A stretch of 64,000 nucleotides of DNA from Octopus vulgaris (Eukaryota): positions 118,482,001 through 118,546,000 of the forward strand of contig OX597815.1 of assembly GCA_951406725.2 (NCBI GenBank), in the 5' to 3' direction. A program made the translations under genes and the position numbers. Numbering within the stretch: the stretch's first letter is position 1; the number at the start of each line of letters is the position of its first letter. The notes under the pieces are model-generated. The model was not told where the DNA came from, searched no databases, and was given only the letters and a program-made list of their open reading frames with translations. This document shows, one piece after another, positions 13,131-25,658 of this stretch.

Positions 13131-14262
13131 TATCCCAATACTCGTCAACGAAACATACTACAATCGCATTCGTAGACGAAAAGCAGATATTGCGACAGAA
13201 ATAAAAGTATGTGGGCATAAACGTAGGTTGTTCTATTCGAGAATAAAATAATAGCCGTCCTTGCTGAAATTATAAATAGCGAACACACCTGTTCACAGGT
13301 AGATGCAGACTGGAATTCAGTATGAACATGCTTGCTTTTGTTCTCTTGTATTTTTATTATGTTCATCTGATCTCGACACTTAATTCGCAATCTATTCAAA
13401 CATAATCCTTGAATAACCCTAATAAATATAAATTTGAATAATGTTTGTGTATGTGTGTGTGTATGTATTTATTTAGAAAGAGATTACAAATTACCATAAT
13501 AAATTATGCATGTGCTTACTTGTTTATATTAATCAGTGAAAACATGTTGAAGAATGCCAATGCCATGCACAATATCAGATAAAAAAAAAAGAACCAGTAA
13601 ACACGCTCACATATTACACATAGAACAGTTAGAAGCATGAAGACACAGACACACACATACATACGCAAGCATGCGCACACACATGATGCTTGAGAAAAAA
13701 AGACATTTAAAATTACTGCATAATGAGTTATTCAATGCGTTTTTGGAGGGGTTGATTTTTTTTATTTTGACATCTTATTTATCTATTTACTTATTTATTT
13801 TTCTTCTTTTATTTTATTTATTCATTTATTTATTTCGCACAATAGTCTCGGCGGAAAATATGTAAAGCAGACATCATTGGCTATGAATGTATATCACAGG
13901 TTGTGAAATAATTTGCACCTTCATAAGTTAAAAAAAAAACCAAAAAAAAAGTCACAAATCAGAAGAAAATAATATATTCCTGATCCACGTCACGTTCTTT
14001 TAATATTTTACCCCTCATCCTACCCCTCCACTCCTTTCTAAACTAAGTGGTACGACCTACCTTAGAAAATATAGTATAACAATGGCAGAAGTGGAAGGAA
14101 AAGGAAGTGGTGGCGGAAAGCTAAGTAAGACGTGGCGGTAGTAGGCAGCAGGAAGATATTCACAATGACGTCATGACATACCTGGTTGAACTATTTACGT
14201 CTAATACCTGTAACTGCTCACATCGGTCACTCCTTTTTCTCACCTCTTTGCCTCTCTCTCTA

Positions 14263-14426
14263 ACTCTTTATATACACAAGGTGATTATAATGAACACTGC
14301 AAACATCATGTCTGTGTCTGTGGGTGTGAATAAATTGATAGACAGATATATACATACATACAGACACATATATATATATAAATAAATAAATAAATATATA
14401 TATATATGTATATATCTGTATATATC

Positions 14427-14488
<62 letters not shown>

Positions 14489-15086
14489 AATATATCTGTA
14501 AATTTGTCTCTTTTATTCTTTTGTTGTCTTACCATTTCTACCAATATATACATACATATACATATACATTCTTCGAGCTTTCCGGCATCTCCAGTCCGAC
14601 CCGTCCACTTCACACCTCTTCCCTAAACGACCCCTCCCCTCCTTCAAATGAGCCTATAACCTACGAGACCTCTTGGTACACAGCTATATCTCTCTATATA
14701 TAAACGGCAGTTTGTCTGTGCGTGTTTCTGTGTGTCTGTTTGCTTGTACCCTCACCCTGACCACGGCTTTCAACCGATTCTGATGAAACTTGACACACAC
14801 ATAGCCCAATGTCATAATTCAAAACTAACGCAGCGAAAATTTTGAAAAGTTCCCCCAGTTCTGAAAAAAATCAATAAAATCGACATGGGGTCGAGAATCA
14901 GAAACAAACCACAGACTGTCTAGGGGACGCAACTCAACCATTTTTAACTCAAAAAAAAATTTACCATAATTTTTTTGCTATTTTTTGGCTATAACTCTCT
15001 AAAAATGCTTTATAGTTATTTCCCTTACAAACCTGAGCAACGCCGGGCGATACTGCTAGTATATGTATATATAGAGAGAGATATAC

Positions 15087-15136
<50 letters not shown>

Positions 15137-15217
15137 CTATCTATCAATTTATTCACCCACAGACACACACACGAAGTTTGCAGTGTTCATTATAATCACC
15201 TTGTGTATATAAAGAGT
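14263..15217. repeat. inverted repeat pair (arms about 14263-14350 and 15130-15217)
   Basis: ACTCTTTATATACACAAGGTGATTATAATGAACACTGCAAAC and its reverse complement. Confidence 0.9.
14689..15059 (+). mobile_element. non-autonomous Helitron-type element
   Basis: A|TCTCTCTATATA 5' end, GTCTGT repeats, 3' hairpin CCTGAGCAACGCCGGG and terminal CTAG|T. Confidence 0.75.
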
Positions 15218-15449
15218 AATTAAATTATTCTAAGTGACTTGAGATACTCGTTCTGCCTTGGTTTTGATTTTTTATCGAATATAATATATACACGCTATAA
15301 CAGAACCCTAACTCAGATCCCTAACATGGATTCCTAGATCCAGTCTTAGCTATGATCTTGGAGCCTAATGGTCGCCCAACAATAGCACTTATCCAGCGTA
15401 CCTACGCATTAAGATCACAAGTGAAACAAACCCTTCATATCTTTTATAT

Positions 15450-15519
<70 letters not shown>

Positions 15520-15521
<2 letters not shown>

Positions 15522-15750
15522 ATGCCAAACAGCCTCAGAGGTTTGTGAGGTGTAGCTGTAGAGGTCTTCAAAAAGCGTTTGGTCAAACTGTTATATAAAA
15601 TACAAGATTAACTCATGACGCAGCAGGAGGCACAGAGAAGAGCAGCTCTCTCCAATTCGCTGCTTCACCGGAAACAATAGGGAAAAGAAACCCAATCACA
15701 ATGAAAGGCAGTACCCCAGCATGGCCTCAACCTTTAGCTGAAACCAGAAA
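15520..15750 (+). mobile_element. 3' end of a CR1-like LINE (degenerate)
   Basis: Translates MPNSLRGL*GVAVEVFKKRLVKLLYKIQD...RAALSNSLLH, homologous to the ORF2 end at 63060-63220; tail GGCAGTACCCCAGCATGGCCTCAACCTTTAGCTGAAAC. Confidence 0.7.
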
Positions 15751-15897
15751 AGGTGTTTTTGTTAAGTATTGTTATTGTTTTTGTTGAATAAAATTTGTTG
15801 AAAAAAAGCCGCAATTATTATGCACCAACCCAATATTTATACTTTTCTTTTATTCGTTTCAGTCATTTGACTGCGGCCATGCTGGAGCACCGCCTAT

Positions 15898-15953
<56 letters not shown>

Positions 15954-16005
15954 TAAGAAGACAAATTTTAGCCATATCTACATTATTAATATGATTAACA
16001 AACCA

Positions 16006-16078
16006 GCCGAAATAGTTCAGTTGGGAAAGCGTTAGACTGAACATCTAAAGGTCCCTGGTTCAATCCTGGGTTTCGGCA
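16006..16078 (+). tRNA. tRNA-Phe(GAA), probably a pseudogene
   Basis: GCCGAAATAGTTCAGTTGGGAAAGCGTTAGACTGAACATCTAAAGGTCCCTGGTTCAATCCTGGGTTTCGGCA has 5 changes from the conserved metazoan tRNA-Phe; no encoded CCA; TTTTT about 18 nt downstream. Confidence 0.85.
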
Positions 16079-16434
16079 TGCGATGGCTCGTCTGCTTTTT
16101 ATTAACTCATAGTCTCAGGAGTGGCTGTGTGATAAGTAGCTTCCTTACCAACCACATGGTTTTAGGGTTCAGTCCCACTGCATGGAACCTTGGTCAAGTG
16201 TATTCTACTATTGCCTCGGGCCGACCAATTCCTTGTGAGCGGATTTGGTAGACGGAAACTGAAAGAAGCCTGTCGTATATGTATATTACTATTGCCTCGG
16301 CAATAGTAGAAGACACTTGACCAAGGTTCCACGCAGTGGGACTGAACCCGGAACCATTTGGTTGCTAAGGAAGCTACTTATCACACAGCCACTCCTGTGC
16401 CTATGAGTTAATAAAAAGCAGACGAGCCACCGGA

Positions 16435-16507
16435 TGCCGAAATCCAGGATTGAACCAGGGACCTTTAGATCTTCAGTCTAACACTTTCCCAACTGAACTA
16501 TTTCAGC
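16435..16507 (-). tRNA. tRNA-Phe(GAA), probably a pseudogene (inverted duplicate)
   Basis: Minus strand GCTGAAATAGTTCAGTTGGGAAAGTGTTAGACTGAAGATCTAAAGGTCCCTGGTTCAATCCTGGATTTCGGCA. Confidence 0.85.
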
Positions 16508-17050
16508 TGGTTTGTTAATCATATTAATAATGTAGATATGGCTAAAATTTGTCTTCTTAGTATTCCAAATCCGTTTGTGTGACGCATGCTTAAGAGTTGA
16601 AAAAGCTGGAAAATATTTTCTACCGAGTGATAATATCAAACGGGAGATGAGAATATTTTAGAGTATTAGTTATTCACCAAAACACGCATTTCATTTGTTA
16701 ATAGGAGTACATAGAGAAAACATGCAAGATATCTCCTTTTTGATTCAATGTCTGAAGAATTTGCCTTTAATCCTTTCGGGGTCGATGAAATAAGTAACGT
16801 TTAAGCACTGAGATCGATGTAATCGACATACCCGCTCCCCCGAATTTTTACTGCCTTGTGTCAAAATTTGGAACCAATATGTTTGGGCGCGTGCATGCGT
16901 GCATGTGTAATAGTAAGAGACAGACAGACAGACAGACAAGAAGGCAGGTAGAACGGGGAATAGCGAAACTGGCGGACTAAGTCGATCAAGATGCGTGGGC
17001 TGTCGAGCAATATACCTAATTTTACTAGATTTTACCCCAGCTTTATCACA

Positions 17051-17581
17051 CTAGCAGAGATACCCGGCGTTGTTCGGATTAAAATAGCATTGTTTTTTTT
17101 TATTGTTTTACTTGTTTCGATGATGTGACTGCGGCCATGCTGGAGCACCGCCTTTAGTCGAAGAAATCAATCCCAGTATGTATTCTTTGTAAGCCTAGTA
17201 CTTATTCTATCAGTTTCACTTTTAATAGTTTCACTATGTATCTATTATATACAGTTTGAAAGCATTAATAGTGCAACTAATAAAACTGAAACTATTATCT
17301 CACGTTGCAATAGAGATGTTATTGTTTCACTTTTGACACGTGATACGGAAACAGTGTTAGAGATAAGAGATTGCTCCGGGCTCGCATTAGTCAAGAAGTT
17401 GAAAATTGATTTTGGTCCATGACACTCCATGTACCCTAAGTAGTGTATGTGTAAAAGGTGAATGAAATCGGTTGGTTAGTTCTCATGTTTTAGCGATGCA
17501 CACATACAGATACCCAGGCAGACACACACACACACACACACACACACATTCTCAGTTATTTCTCATTTATATATATATAGA
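17051..17581 (-). mobile_element. non-autonomous Helitron-type element with a nested SINE tail
   Basis: Minus strand starts A|TCTATATATA and ends CCGAACAACGCCGGGTATCTCTGCTAG|T; internal part homologous to 22150-22265. Confidence 0.7.
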
Positions 17582-18299
17582 TACCACTAAATGCCCTAGC
17601 GTGACTAGATGCTGTACCACCTGGGGTAGCCTCTCTGTTTACTGCCCTCGGACCACACAAAAAAACATATATTGCCTGCAACAAACCCAAAAGCGGCACC
17701 CCTTTAAAAGTGCCGCCAAGGGCGGACCGCCCATTTCGCCTCTCCTAACTACAGTAGTGATTATATGTATTGGGTATACACTGGGTATACACTGAGTCGG
17801 GTGAGGAGCACTAATTTGATCATTGACACTTTTGTTAGTCGTTAGGTGAGCCGATTGAATGACAGTCATTATTTCCTGTTTGAAAATGTTCTGTGATGTA
17901 AACGCACTTAAATGTTTGGGTGTTTCCGTACATATATAGAAAAGACGGTAACGGTTGATTAATGCTTCCTACAATAAAAAAAACTGTGCCTCTCACGACA
18001 GAGCAACCAAATCTCCCTCTAATCATGCCCTACTGACTTTGGACAAGGTAGACTTTAATTTAATGGACATATAAACAGGATACATATATAAAAAAGTGAA
18101 TACATTTGATCGATCAAGACTGACTTTATAAAGGCACCAAAACAACGTACATCACATGCATCATATTGCCTTTTCTGTCTTCTGCATAGGATGTGAATGT
18201 TCCTGGGCTGTCGCAAGTGATTAAGTAACATACATACATACATACATACATACATACATACATACATACATACATACATACATACATACATACATACAA

Positions 18300-18762
18300 A
18301 CATACATGATGGCTGCCCCATCGTTATCGAGTATGGCCATTGCACGAAGCTCAACTGTTATTGGTGCTGTGGTCGAATGTGACTTTTTAGCCCAGCTAAA
18401 GATCTACAATGTCTTGTACAGAATTGGCAGCTAAAACCTTTACCGGTAATAGCCGGCTGTAGTTGTAACTGAGCTTCATGTACCTTTGCATATCGTTTAA
18501 GTCCTCCTGCCGAATTACACTCTCTTCCACATGCCTGACAGATACGATTAGTATGGTGTGTAACACCATCAACAGCGGCCAGGTTGTCACTCATTTGTCT
18601 CGCTTTATGACTACGAAGATGACTCTTGAGTCCAGCTTTACTGAGGCAGGGTCTTGCACAGACACTGCATGTCAACATCATAGGAAGAACCTTCCCATCT
18701 GGAAGTGTAACAGCGATGCCCTTCCTGATATCCCACTTTACTTTCTCATGTGCAACTCGAGA
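18300..18762 (-). mobile_element. 3' end of an RTE-clade LINE ORF2 with three C2H2-type zinc fingers
   Basis: CSVCARPCLSKAGLKSHLRSH, CQACGRECNSAGGLKRYAKVH, CQFCTRHCRSLAGLKSHIRPQH; short tail TGGCCATACTCGATAACGATGGGCAGCC then (TATG)n. Confidence 0.7.
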
Positions 18763-19227
18763 TACATACATACATATATACATACACACTTGATCGGGAC
18801 CGACTTGATCAGGACTGACTTGAGATTGAACAACAAGACCACCACCACCACCACCACCACCACCATCACCACTACCATCAACCACAACAACAACTGTGCC
18901 TCTCGCTTGTCCTTAAAGTCTTTTATTTTACGTATATTTGTTCATTGAGTACGTAGTCCGTGTGTAGCCTGTGATATGTAAAATGTGCAGTAATATACAA
19001 ATGTGAACTATGGTGTATGTCAGTGTCTTCGGTGAGTTTGTTTTATTGCATTTACTGTCTCCTACATAGGATGTGAATGTTCCAGGGCTGTCACAAGCGA
19101 TTAAGTAACTCGTAGTATATTGTCATTTGTATGCGCCATACATACATACACACACACACACACATAAATACATACATACATACATACATACATACATACA
19201 TACATACATACATACATACATACATAC

Positions 19228-19764
19228 GAAGCCATAGCCACTCATAATAAAAAGGAATACTGGTGGAATGTACCAGTGGAGACCTCAATAAAATGTAAGC
19301 ACAACAGACCTGATATAATGATTTGGGATAGAAAAGAGAAACTGTGCACAGTTGTGGAAATTAGCTTCCCAGTGGATGTTAACATAAAGCTGAAGATCAG
19401 CTAATAAGAGAACACCTATGCTGAACTATTGAGAAATAGGTAGTTACTCTATCCAGATTACAAGTTCAGGTTTATACCTGTAATTACTGGGGCCCTGGAA
19501 TATGTAACACACTGCCTAAATACCAATCCTGAAAAATTAAGCCCCTCAAAACCAGAAAGAAGAAAGCTAATTCGAAGACTACATATCCAATCCATCACTG
19601 GAACTGTAAAAAATTATAAAACTTTCCAGAAGTTTATCATTTAAATATATATGAGCATGTCTAGATATGCAACTATATGTATGAGAATACATACATATAA
19701 TATAGAAATCTGTACATACAAACAAACATACATACATACATACATACATACATACATACATACA

Positions 19765-19796
<32 letters not shown>

Positions 19797-19895
19797 AAAA
19801 TACCCTGTTGTTGATGTTGAAATTCCGATGAAGGAGCTTTGGATCTAGGTTAGAAACCAGTTCCTTATTTATTGGCAAGAAATCTTGAAATAAAC
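19228..19895 (+). mobile_element. RLE-type non-LTR retrotransposon remnant (restriction-like endonuclease domain plus 3' UTR)
   Basis: YWWNVPVETSIKCKHNRPDIMIWDRKEKLCTVVEISFPVD...TYAELL...FIPVITGALEYV with stops; RPD...E..P motif typical of R2/R4/NeSL-type RLE. Confidence 0.85.
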
Positions 19896-20299
19896 CTCAT
19901 AATGACATACATACATGTGTGTGTGTGTGTGTACGTGTATGTGTATGTGTGTACATGTGTGTGTACTAGGAATTGTTTATAGTACCTCTGCAACGTCCAC
20001 ATGTTTGACGCTGGGAAGGTGTGTAGCTTAGTGACTAGAGTGTTAACATTAAAGTCATAAGATAGTGGGTTCGAATCTTTCAGCGAGTGGCACTTTATGT
20101 CTTTGAGCGAAGCACTACCTTTCATATTGCTGCTGTCAACTCTGCTGAAAATGTGCGCCAGCCAACCGTTACATCAGTCCTTTCATCCAGCAATCATACT
20201 CTTCATGTTTTACTTGATGGAGGATTAGTAAGCTCAAGAGCGTATCGATGCTAGTAACCACATAGACAACGGTAACAATTTCGTGTACGTCAGTGTCAA

Positions 20300-20908
20300 T
20301 TCAATGATCTACATGTTGTCTCAGTCAACAATGCTCACTCTCATTCGCCGCACCCAACCATCCTTAACTCTGTTTCAACCAAACACCAAATCTCCATTGA
20401 TTCCACGAAGGGGGACTTTGAGAGCATCCTCCAGTGGGGCCATGCCAGACTTCTCTCTTTTCACAGGAAACAAAAGCGAAAAAAAAAAAAGAAAAACAGA
20501 AGAGAAACCTCAAGCATTATTCACACCAGCTAGATCCCTCGTAATCGCTCCAAATAATAATACTGGGCCTCGTTCTCACCAAAGATCTCTTCCGCCGAAA
20601 GTACATCTTTGGGAAAGCTAAAGCTCGGACTGTATCCCAAAGATTAGTTCTTCATTTCAGAGCCAGAAAATATTTCAGCCCCAACAGCTGCTCATAATGT
20701 ACAAAGCTCAGGTGAGGCCGCCAATGGAATACTGCTCCCATGTGTGGAAGTTACATACATGCACACTGACTGTCTAGATCGCATCCAGTAAAGAGCCACT
20801 GGATTAATTGGCACCCCATCACTACCGAACACACTCCTGCCTTTTGCCAATAGGACAGTTATCTCCTCTCTGTCTAGCTGCCTATCAGTCTGTCTGTCTG
20901 TCTGTCTG

Positions 20909-20947
<39 letters not shown>

Positions 20948-21200
20948 GCTATTATAATGGCCTCTGATCTTCAGATCTAGTTGGTCACTTCCTTCCGTCA
21001 CTTACGCTCCCTAGCCCATTCGTGCCCACCCCCTTGCGACTACTGATGTATTCAACACTTCTCTCTCCTCACTAACCACTATACCCAATGCTTCTAACCC
21101 AGAACATAGGCCCTCCAGAATCCCTTCTCTTCTCATGTATATTCTGCAAATACTGACTTGCAACAGATTAAACAGAACATCAACGCTATCAGTCATATTG
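20300..21200 (+). mobile_element. degenerate CR1/Jockey-group LINE RT C-terminal fragment
   Basis: Frameshifted ...ILGLVLTKDL...RARKYFS.QQLLIMYKAQVRPPMEYCSHVW...LDRIQ. Confidence 0.7.
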
Positions 21201-21974
21201 GTCTCGGAGACCTCGCATAGTTAATGGGCGATGTCCCTTCCACGAGTTTCAACAAGTAGAAAAAAACGTAAAAGCACGGCTTTTATTATTTTTATGATTA
21301 TTATTACTTTATGTTTGACTTTTGCTTTGTATTTGTACAACATTCTCTAGAACAATATATATATATATACAACATGCTTCTGTCTACCAAATTCACTCAC
21401 AAGGCTTTGGCTGATCTGGGGCTATAGAATAAGACACTTGCCCAAGTTTTACGTGCAGTAGGACTGAACCTGAAACCACGTAGTTACAAAACAAGCTTCT
21501 AAACCACGCAGCCACGCCTATATTTTTGTTATTCCAATTGTTTAGACACAGAGCTGCCTTGATTAAGCAGACCTACAATTAAAAAAGTGTTCCAGCCGTG
21601 GCCATTCTTCTGCTAATCAGATAGAATATTTAAGGCTGTTTTATAAATACTTTCCATCATTTGGACGGTAGACTGTAGTTTGAGAGAGACGCAGGTTGTT
21701 ATTTCTAGTAGTTCGAACGCGCATATTGAGGACCTAACTGGTTAGGTGATAGGTTAAAGTTATTTCTTTGAAAGCAGGTTTGTATTCAGGTTTTGATTAG
21801 CAATGGGAGTGGCTACGTATGCATGTGCTACTGTATAAGGATGTATGGGGCTTACAGAAGTGAAGGATTGAGGAAAAAATGTGAAAACACTTAGTGGCCT
21901 TGCCGGTCACGCAGTAAATATCCGGGAGAATATGTAACCCAATGAAAAAGAACAAAGGGAAGTATACAAATATA

Positions 21975-22039
<65 letters not shown>

Positions 22040-22044
<5 letters not shown>

Positions 22045-22270
22045 GAGAATGTGTGTTTATCTGTCAGTCTGTCTGTATGTGTGAATCATTAAAACTCGAG
22101 AACTACCCAAGGGATTTCCTTACACATGCCTTACTTTGGGTCTATGCAGTGTCATGGCCCAAAATAATTTTCAACTTCATGCCTAATGAGAACCCGGATC
22201 AATCTCTTATTTCTTACACTGTTTCCGTATTGCGTGTCAAAAGTGAAACAATAACATCTCTATTAATACT
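22040..22270 (+). mobile_element. Helitron-type element fragment
   Basis: Homologous (reverse complement) to 17300-17480. Confidence 0.6.
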
Positions 22271-22343
22271 TTCACTTTTATATGCTTTCGATTTCAATTA
22301 CTTTCAATATGTATTTATATACATGTTTGTATATGTATGTATG

Positions 22344-22377
<34 letters not shown>

Positions 22378-22584
22378 TGTATGTATGTATGTATGTATGT
22401 ATGTATGTATGTATGTATGAATCTATGTATATATATTTATATATTTATATATATGTGTGTGTGTGTGTGTGTATGTATGTGCTTATGTGTATAGGGAGAG
22501 TTTACGAAAAAAAACAAAAGACGGAGACAGGTGGTGTACAAAACAAACAGATGTATTAGTATAACGCTCAGGAATAGAAAAAGT

Positions 22585-22620
22585 CTTTTACGTTTCGAGC
22601 CTATGCTCTTCTACAGAAAG
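22585..22620 (-). ncRNA. minimal type-I hammerhead ribozyme variant (Penelope-type)
   Basis: CTTT-CTGTAGA-A-GAGC-ATAG-GCTC-GAAA-C-GTA|AAAG: stem I CTTT/AAAG, stem II GAGC/GCTC, palindromic ACGT stem III; core has A6->U. Confidence 0.65.
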
Positions 22621-22818
22621 GGACACAGAAAAACAAGGAGAGAAGAGAGAAAGAGATTAAGAGAAAAGAGAGAAAGAGAGGGTGAAAGAGTAAGAGAGAA
22701 AGAGAGAAGAGAGAAGAGGGAGAGAGAGTAAGAGAGAAGAGAGAAAGAGAGTAAGAGAGAAGAGGGAAACAAGGGAGAAAAAGAGAGAAAGAGAGTTGAG
22801 CCCAAATGGCGTAAAGGA

Positions 22819-22819
<1 letters not shown>

Positions 22820-22914
<95 letters not shown>

Positions 22915-23214
22915 CTATGTATATATGTATATGTATGTATATGTATGTATACATATGTATACATATGTATATATACAAACATACATACATATATATATAT
23001 TTACTACTAATATAAGATAAAATTTTTTCAAGAAAAAATTTCATCAAAAGTTGTAGCATATTAAAATATCTTTAAAGGTGAAAATTATAAACAAGGGCAA
23101 AAGAAAAAATATTTGAAGTCTGTTCTCAGCATATTGGCATAGAAATATTTTTCTTTTGCCCTTTGTTTATAAATTATATATATATGTATATATATGTATA
23201 TATATGTAAATATA

Positions 23215-23271
<57 letters not shown>

Positions 23272-23286
23272 ATGCATAAATATATT

Positions 23287-23329
<43 letters not shown>

Positions 23330-23464
23330 GTATGTATATTTATGTATATATATATATATGTATATTTATGTATATATATATGTATGTGTATGTGTATATA
23401 TATATGTGTGTGCGTGTATATATATATATATCTATATGTATGTATATATATATGTATATATATA

Positions 23465-23512
<48 letters not shown>

Positions 23513-23528
23513 CATGTATGTATGTATG

Positions 23529-23587
<59 letters not shown>

Positions 23588-23590
23588 AAC
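22820..23590. repeat. long compound (TA)n/(TG)n/(TATG)n microsatellite blocks
   Basis: Seen directly; source of many spurious ORFs. Confidence 0.95.
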
Positions 23591-24399
23591 ACTTCTCCAT
23601 GCCTGTCTACCCTCATACTCTCACCTCTTGTACATCACCCGTTGTGCATGACCACACAAGTATATGTGCTCGCGCATGTGCGTGGCTGTGTACCTTTATT
23701 ACTTTAAATGAGGCATTATGCATGCCCACGGATGTGTTGTGCAGGCGTACGTGTGCGCGAGTGCGTGCCCATATACATATGCGCCCGTACGTGTACATGT
23801 ATGTACACGTGCACACTTGTGTTTGCACGTGCGTGTACATAATCTTGAGACGAAATGTGCAAAACGTCGTGGTTGTGTAACTAGTAACCTGTCTCATGAA
23901 GATATTACAATAAGTCCGGCTCTCCTCATCGAGGAGAGATTGGCAAATGAATTTCATATAGTAATGCTAGAAAATTTAAATAGTTGAAGGTAAAGAGAAA
24001 GCAGGACGAGATTTAAGTGTCAAAGAAAGAGTAAGAAGAATTACAACATAAGAAGAAAGGAACAAATGTAAAATAAAAGAAACAGAAAGAGAAAGGGGGA
24101 GAGAAGATAATGTTAAAATCAGCTTTTCGAAATTGAACATCATCACTGGTTGTCAAGTTAATCCTAAGTAGACCATAAATCAGTTAGGAATATCAATTGA
24201 GAAGATAAAGAGGCAGAAAGAGATAAGCGTTCAGGTAAAGAATTAGAGGTGGAGTAGCGGTGGAGGAAAGTATGTTTATAGAAAGAGAATATGCTACAAG
24301 GAAAAAGTAAATGGTTCATACATACTTAAGTAAGAGATTTATCCAGAATTAAAAATTATAAAGACTTTACATAATGAGCAAAAGTGGAATAAAACATAT

Positions 24400-24915
24400 G
24401 TTTACATGAGCTGATTATGTCAAAGAACCTACAAAAACAAGAGAAAAACCCTGCTACACTTAGCAATTTACGTTATGTATCGACACAATACAAGAAACAT
24501 GAAAGCATACATCATCCATCAGAATACACCCCTTTTAATGAACGACCTGCAAACAAAAAAACATTTGAGACACATAAAATTATTAATAGTAAAAGACAAA
24601 CTACATCTCTATACTGCTACTTACAAGCGCCAAATTATCTACCACAATATAACCTGGAGAGTCAAAAGAAGATGTAATTGCCTTAATTGCAGACCTTGCA
24701 CCAAACTTATGGAAGGTTCAACATATAAATTCACGCCAGGGCAAACATTCGCCATAAAAAAAAAATCATTTCACCTGTGTATCGAAGAATTTAATTTATG
24801 TTCTCAAAGGTAGAATGGTGTGGTGGAGATTATGTAGATCAAACGAGCTTGACTTTGGGGGACAGAATGACGGTATACGGGCAACAGATTCAGGAACTCA
24901 CAACTAGGAAAATTA
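24400..24915 (+). mobile_element. Penelope-like element remnant (GIY-YIG endonuclease region)
   Basis: With frameshifts: VKRRCNCLNCRPCTKLMEGSTYKFTPGQTFAIKK/SFTCVSKNLIYVLK...DYVDQTSLTLGDRMTVYGQQI, matching the PLE Cys cluster and the NLIY...YVGQT...R motif. Confidence 0.75.
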
Positions 24916-25595
24916 AACAGTCGTGGGGGGAAAATGACCAAAGAAATCAAAATAAGTAAAGTACAATATATTTAATGCATAAGTACAGAATAATCACGTC
25001 TTATTCGTTTTCAGTAATGAAATAATGAAGAGAAATAAAGCATTGACTCAATAATTCATTTAAATCTTAATGTCACTTCATTTTCTATGATTTCTTTCTT
25101 TTTTTCCCGCAATAGTTTAATCGTTGATTTATATATGTCTATATGGATACGTGTGTGTATATATGCATGTGTATGTACATGCATGCCTGTGTGTATAATG
25201 TTTATGGATACATTTCAATTATATATGTATATCATAAAGAAGAAAATGGAGAGTTTGAAATGATCATATCAATTTATTTACATGATGTCAACTATATAAG
25301 CCTACAATTGTTTCCATATCGAACTTCATTCAAGTTACGATTTAAAATTAGAATTTTTCGTAGCCAGATAACGATGGTAGGTATTTCTTCAGGGCAAAAA
25401 TTGACACGAAAGTGTTTACATCCTAATAGATGTTCATCCTAATGAGTGTCCATCAACTGACTATTTTCTTTTCTTTTTTATGATATATTAATAAAAATTA
25501 TACCGCAAAATGTATAGGATTGATATATAGGATTAAACCGGAGGATGCTTGGATGTAAACATTCCTTCAAAGAGGAATCTTTCTCCCCACAAAAA

Positions 25596-25658
<63 letters not shown>

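Larger units (their letters stand above)
15950..16563. repeat. about 265-bp-arm foldback containing tRNA-Phe copies and a SINE head
   Basis: TACTAAGAAGACAAATTTTAGCC... mirrored by ...GGCTAAAATTTGTCTTCTTAGTA; central hairpin TACTATTGCC-TC-GGCAATAGTA. Confidence 0.95.

Noticed and set aside
19823-19870. CCGATGAAG...GAAAC hammerhead-like motif
   Set aside because: Stem II and stem I do not close properly; AAGGAGCT/AGTTCCTT pair instead, which fits an ordinary LINE 3' stem-loop.
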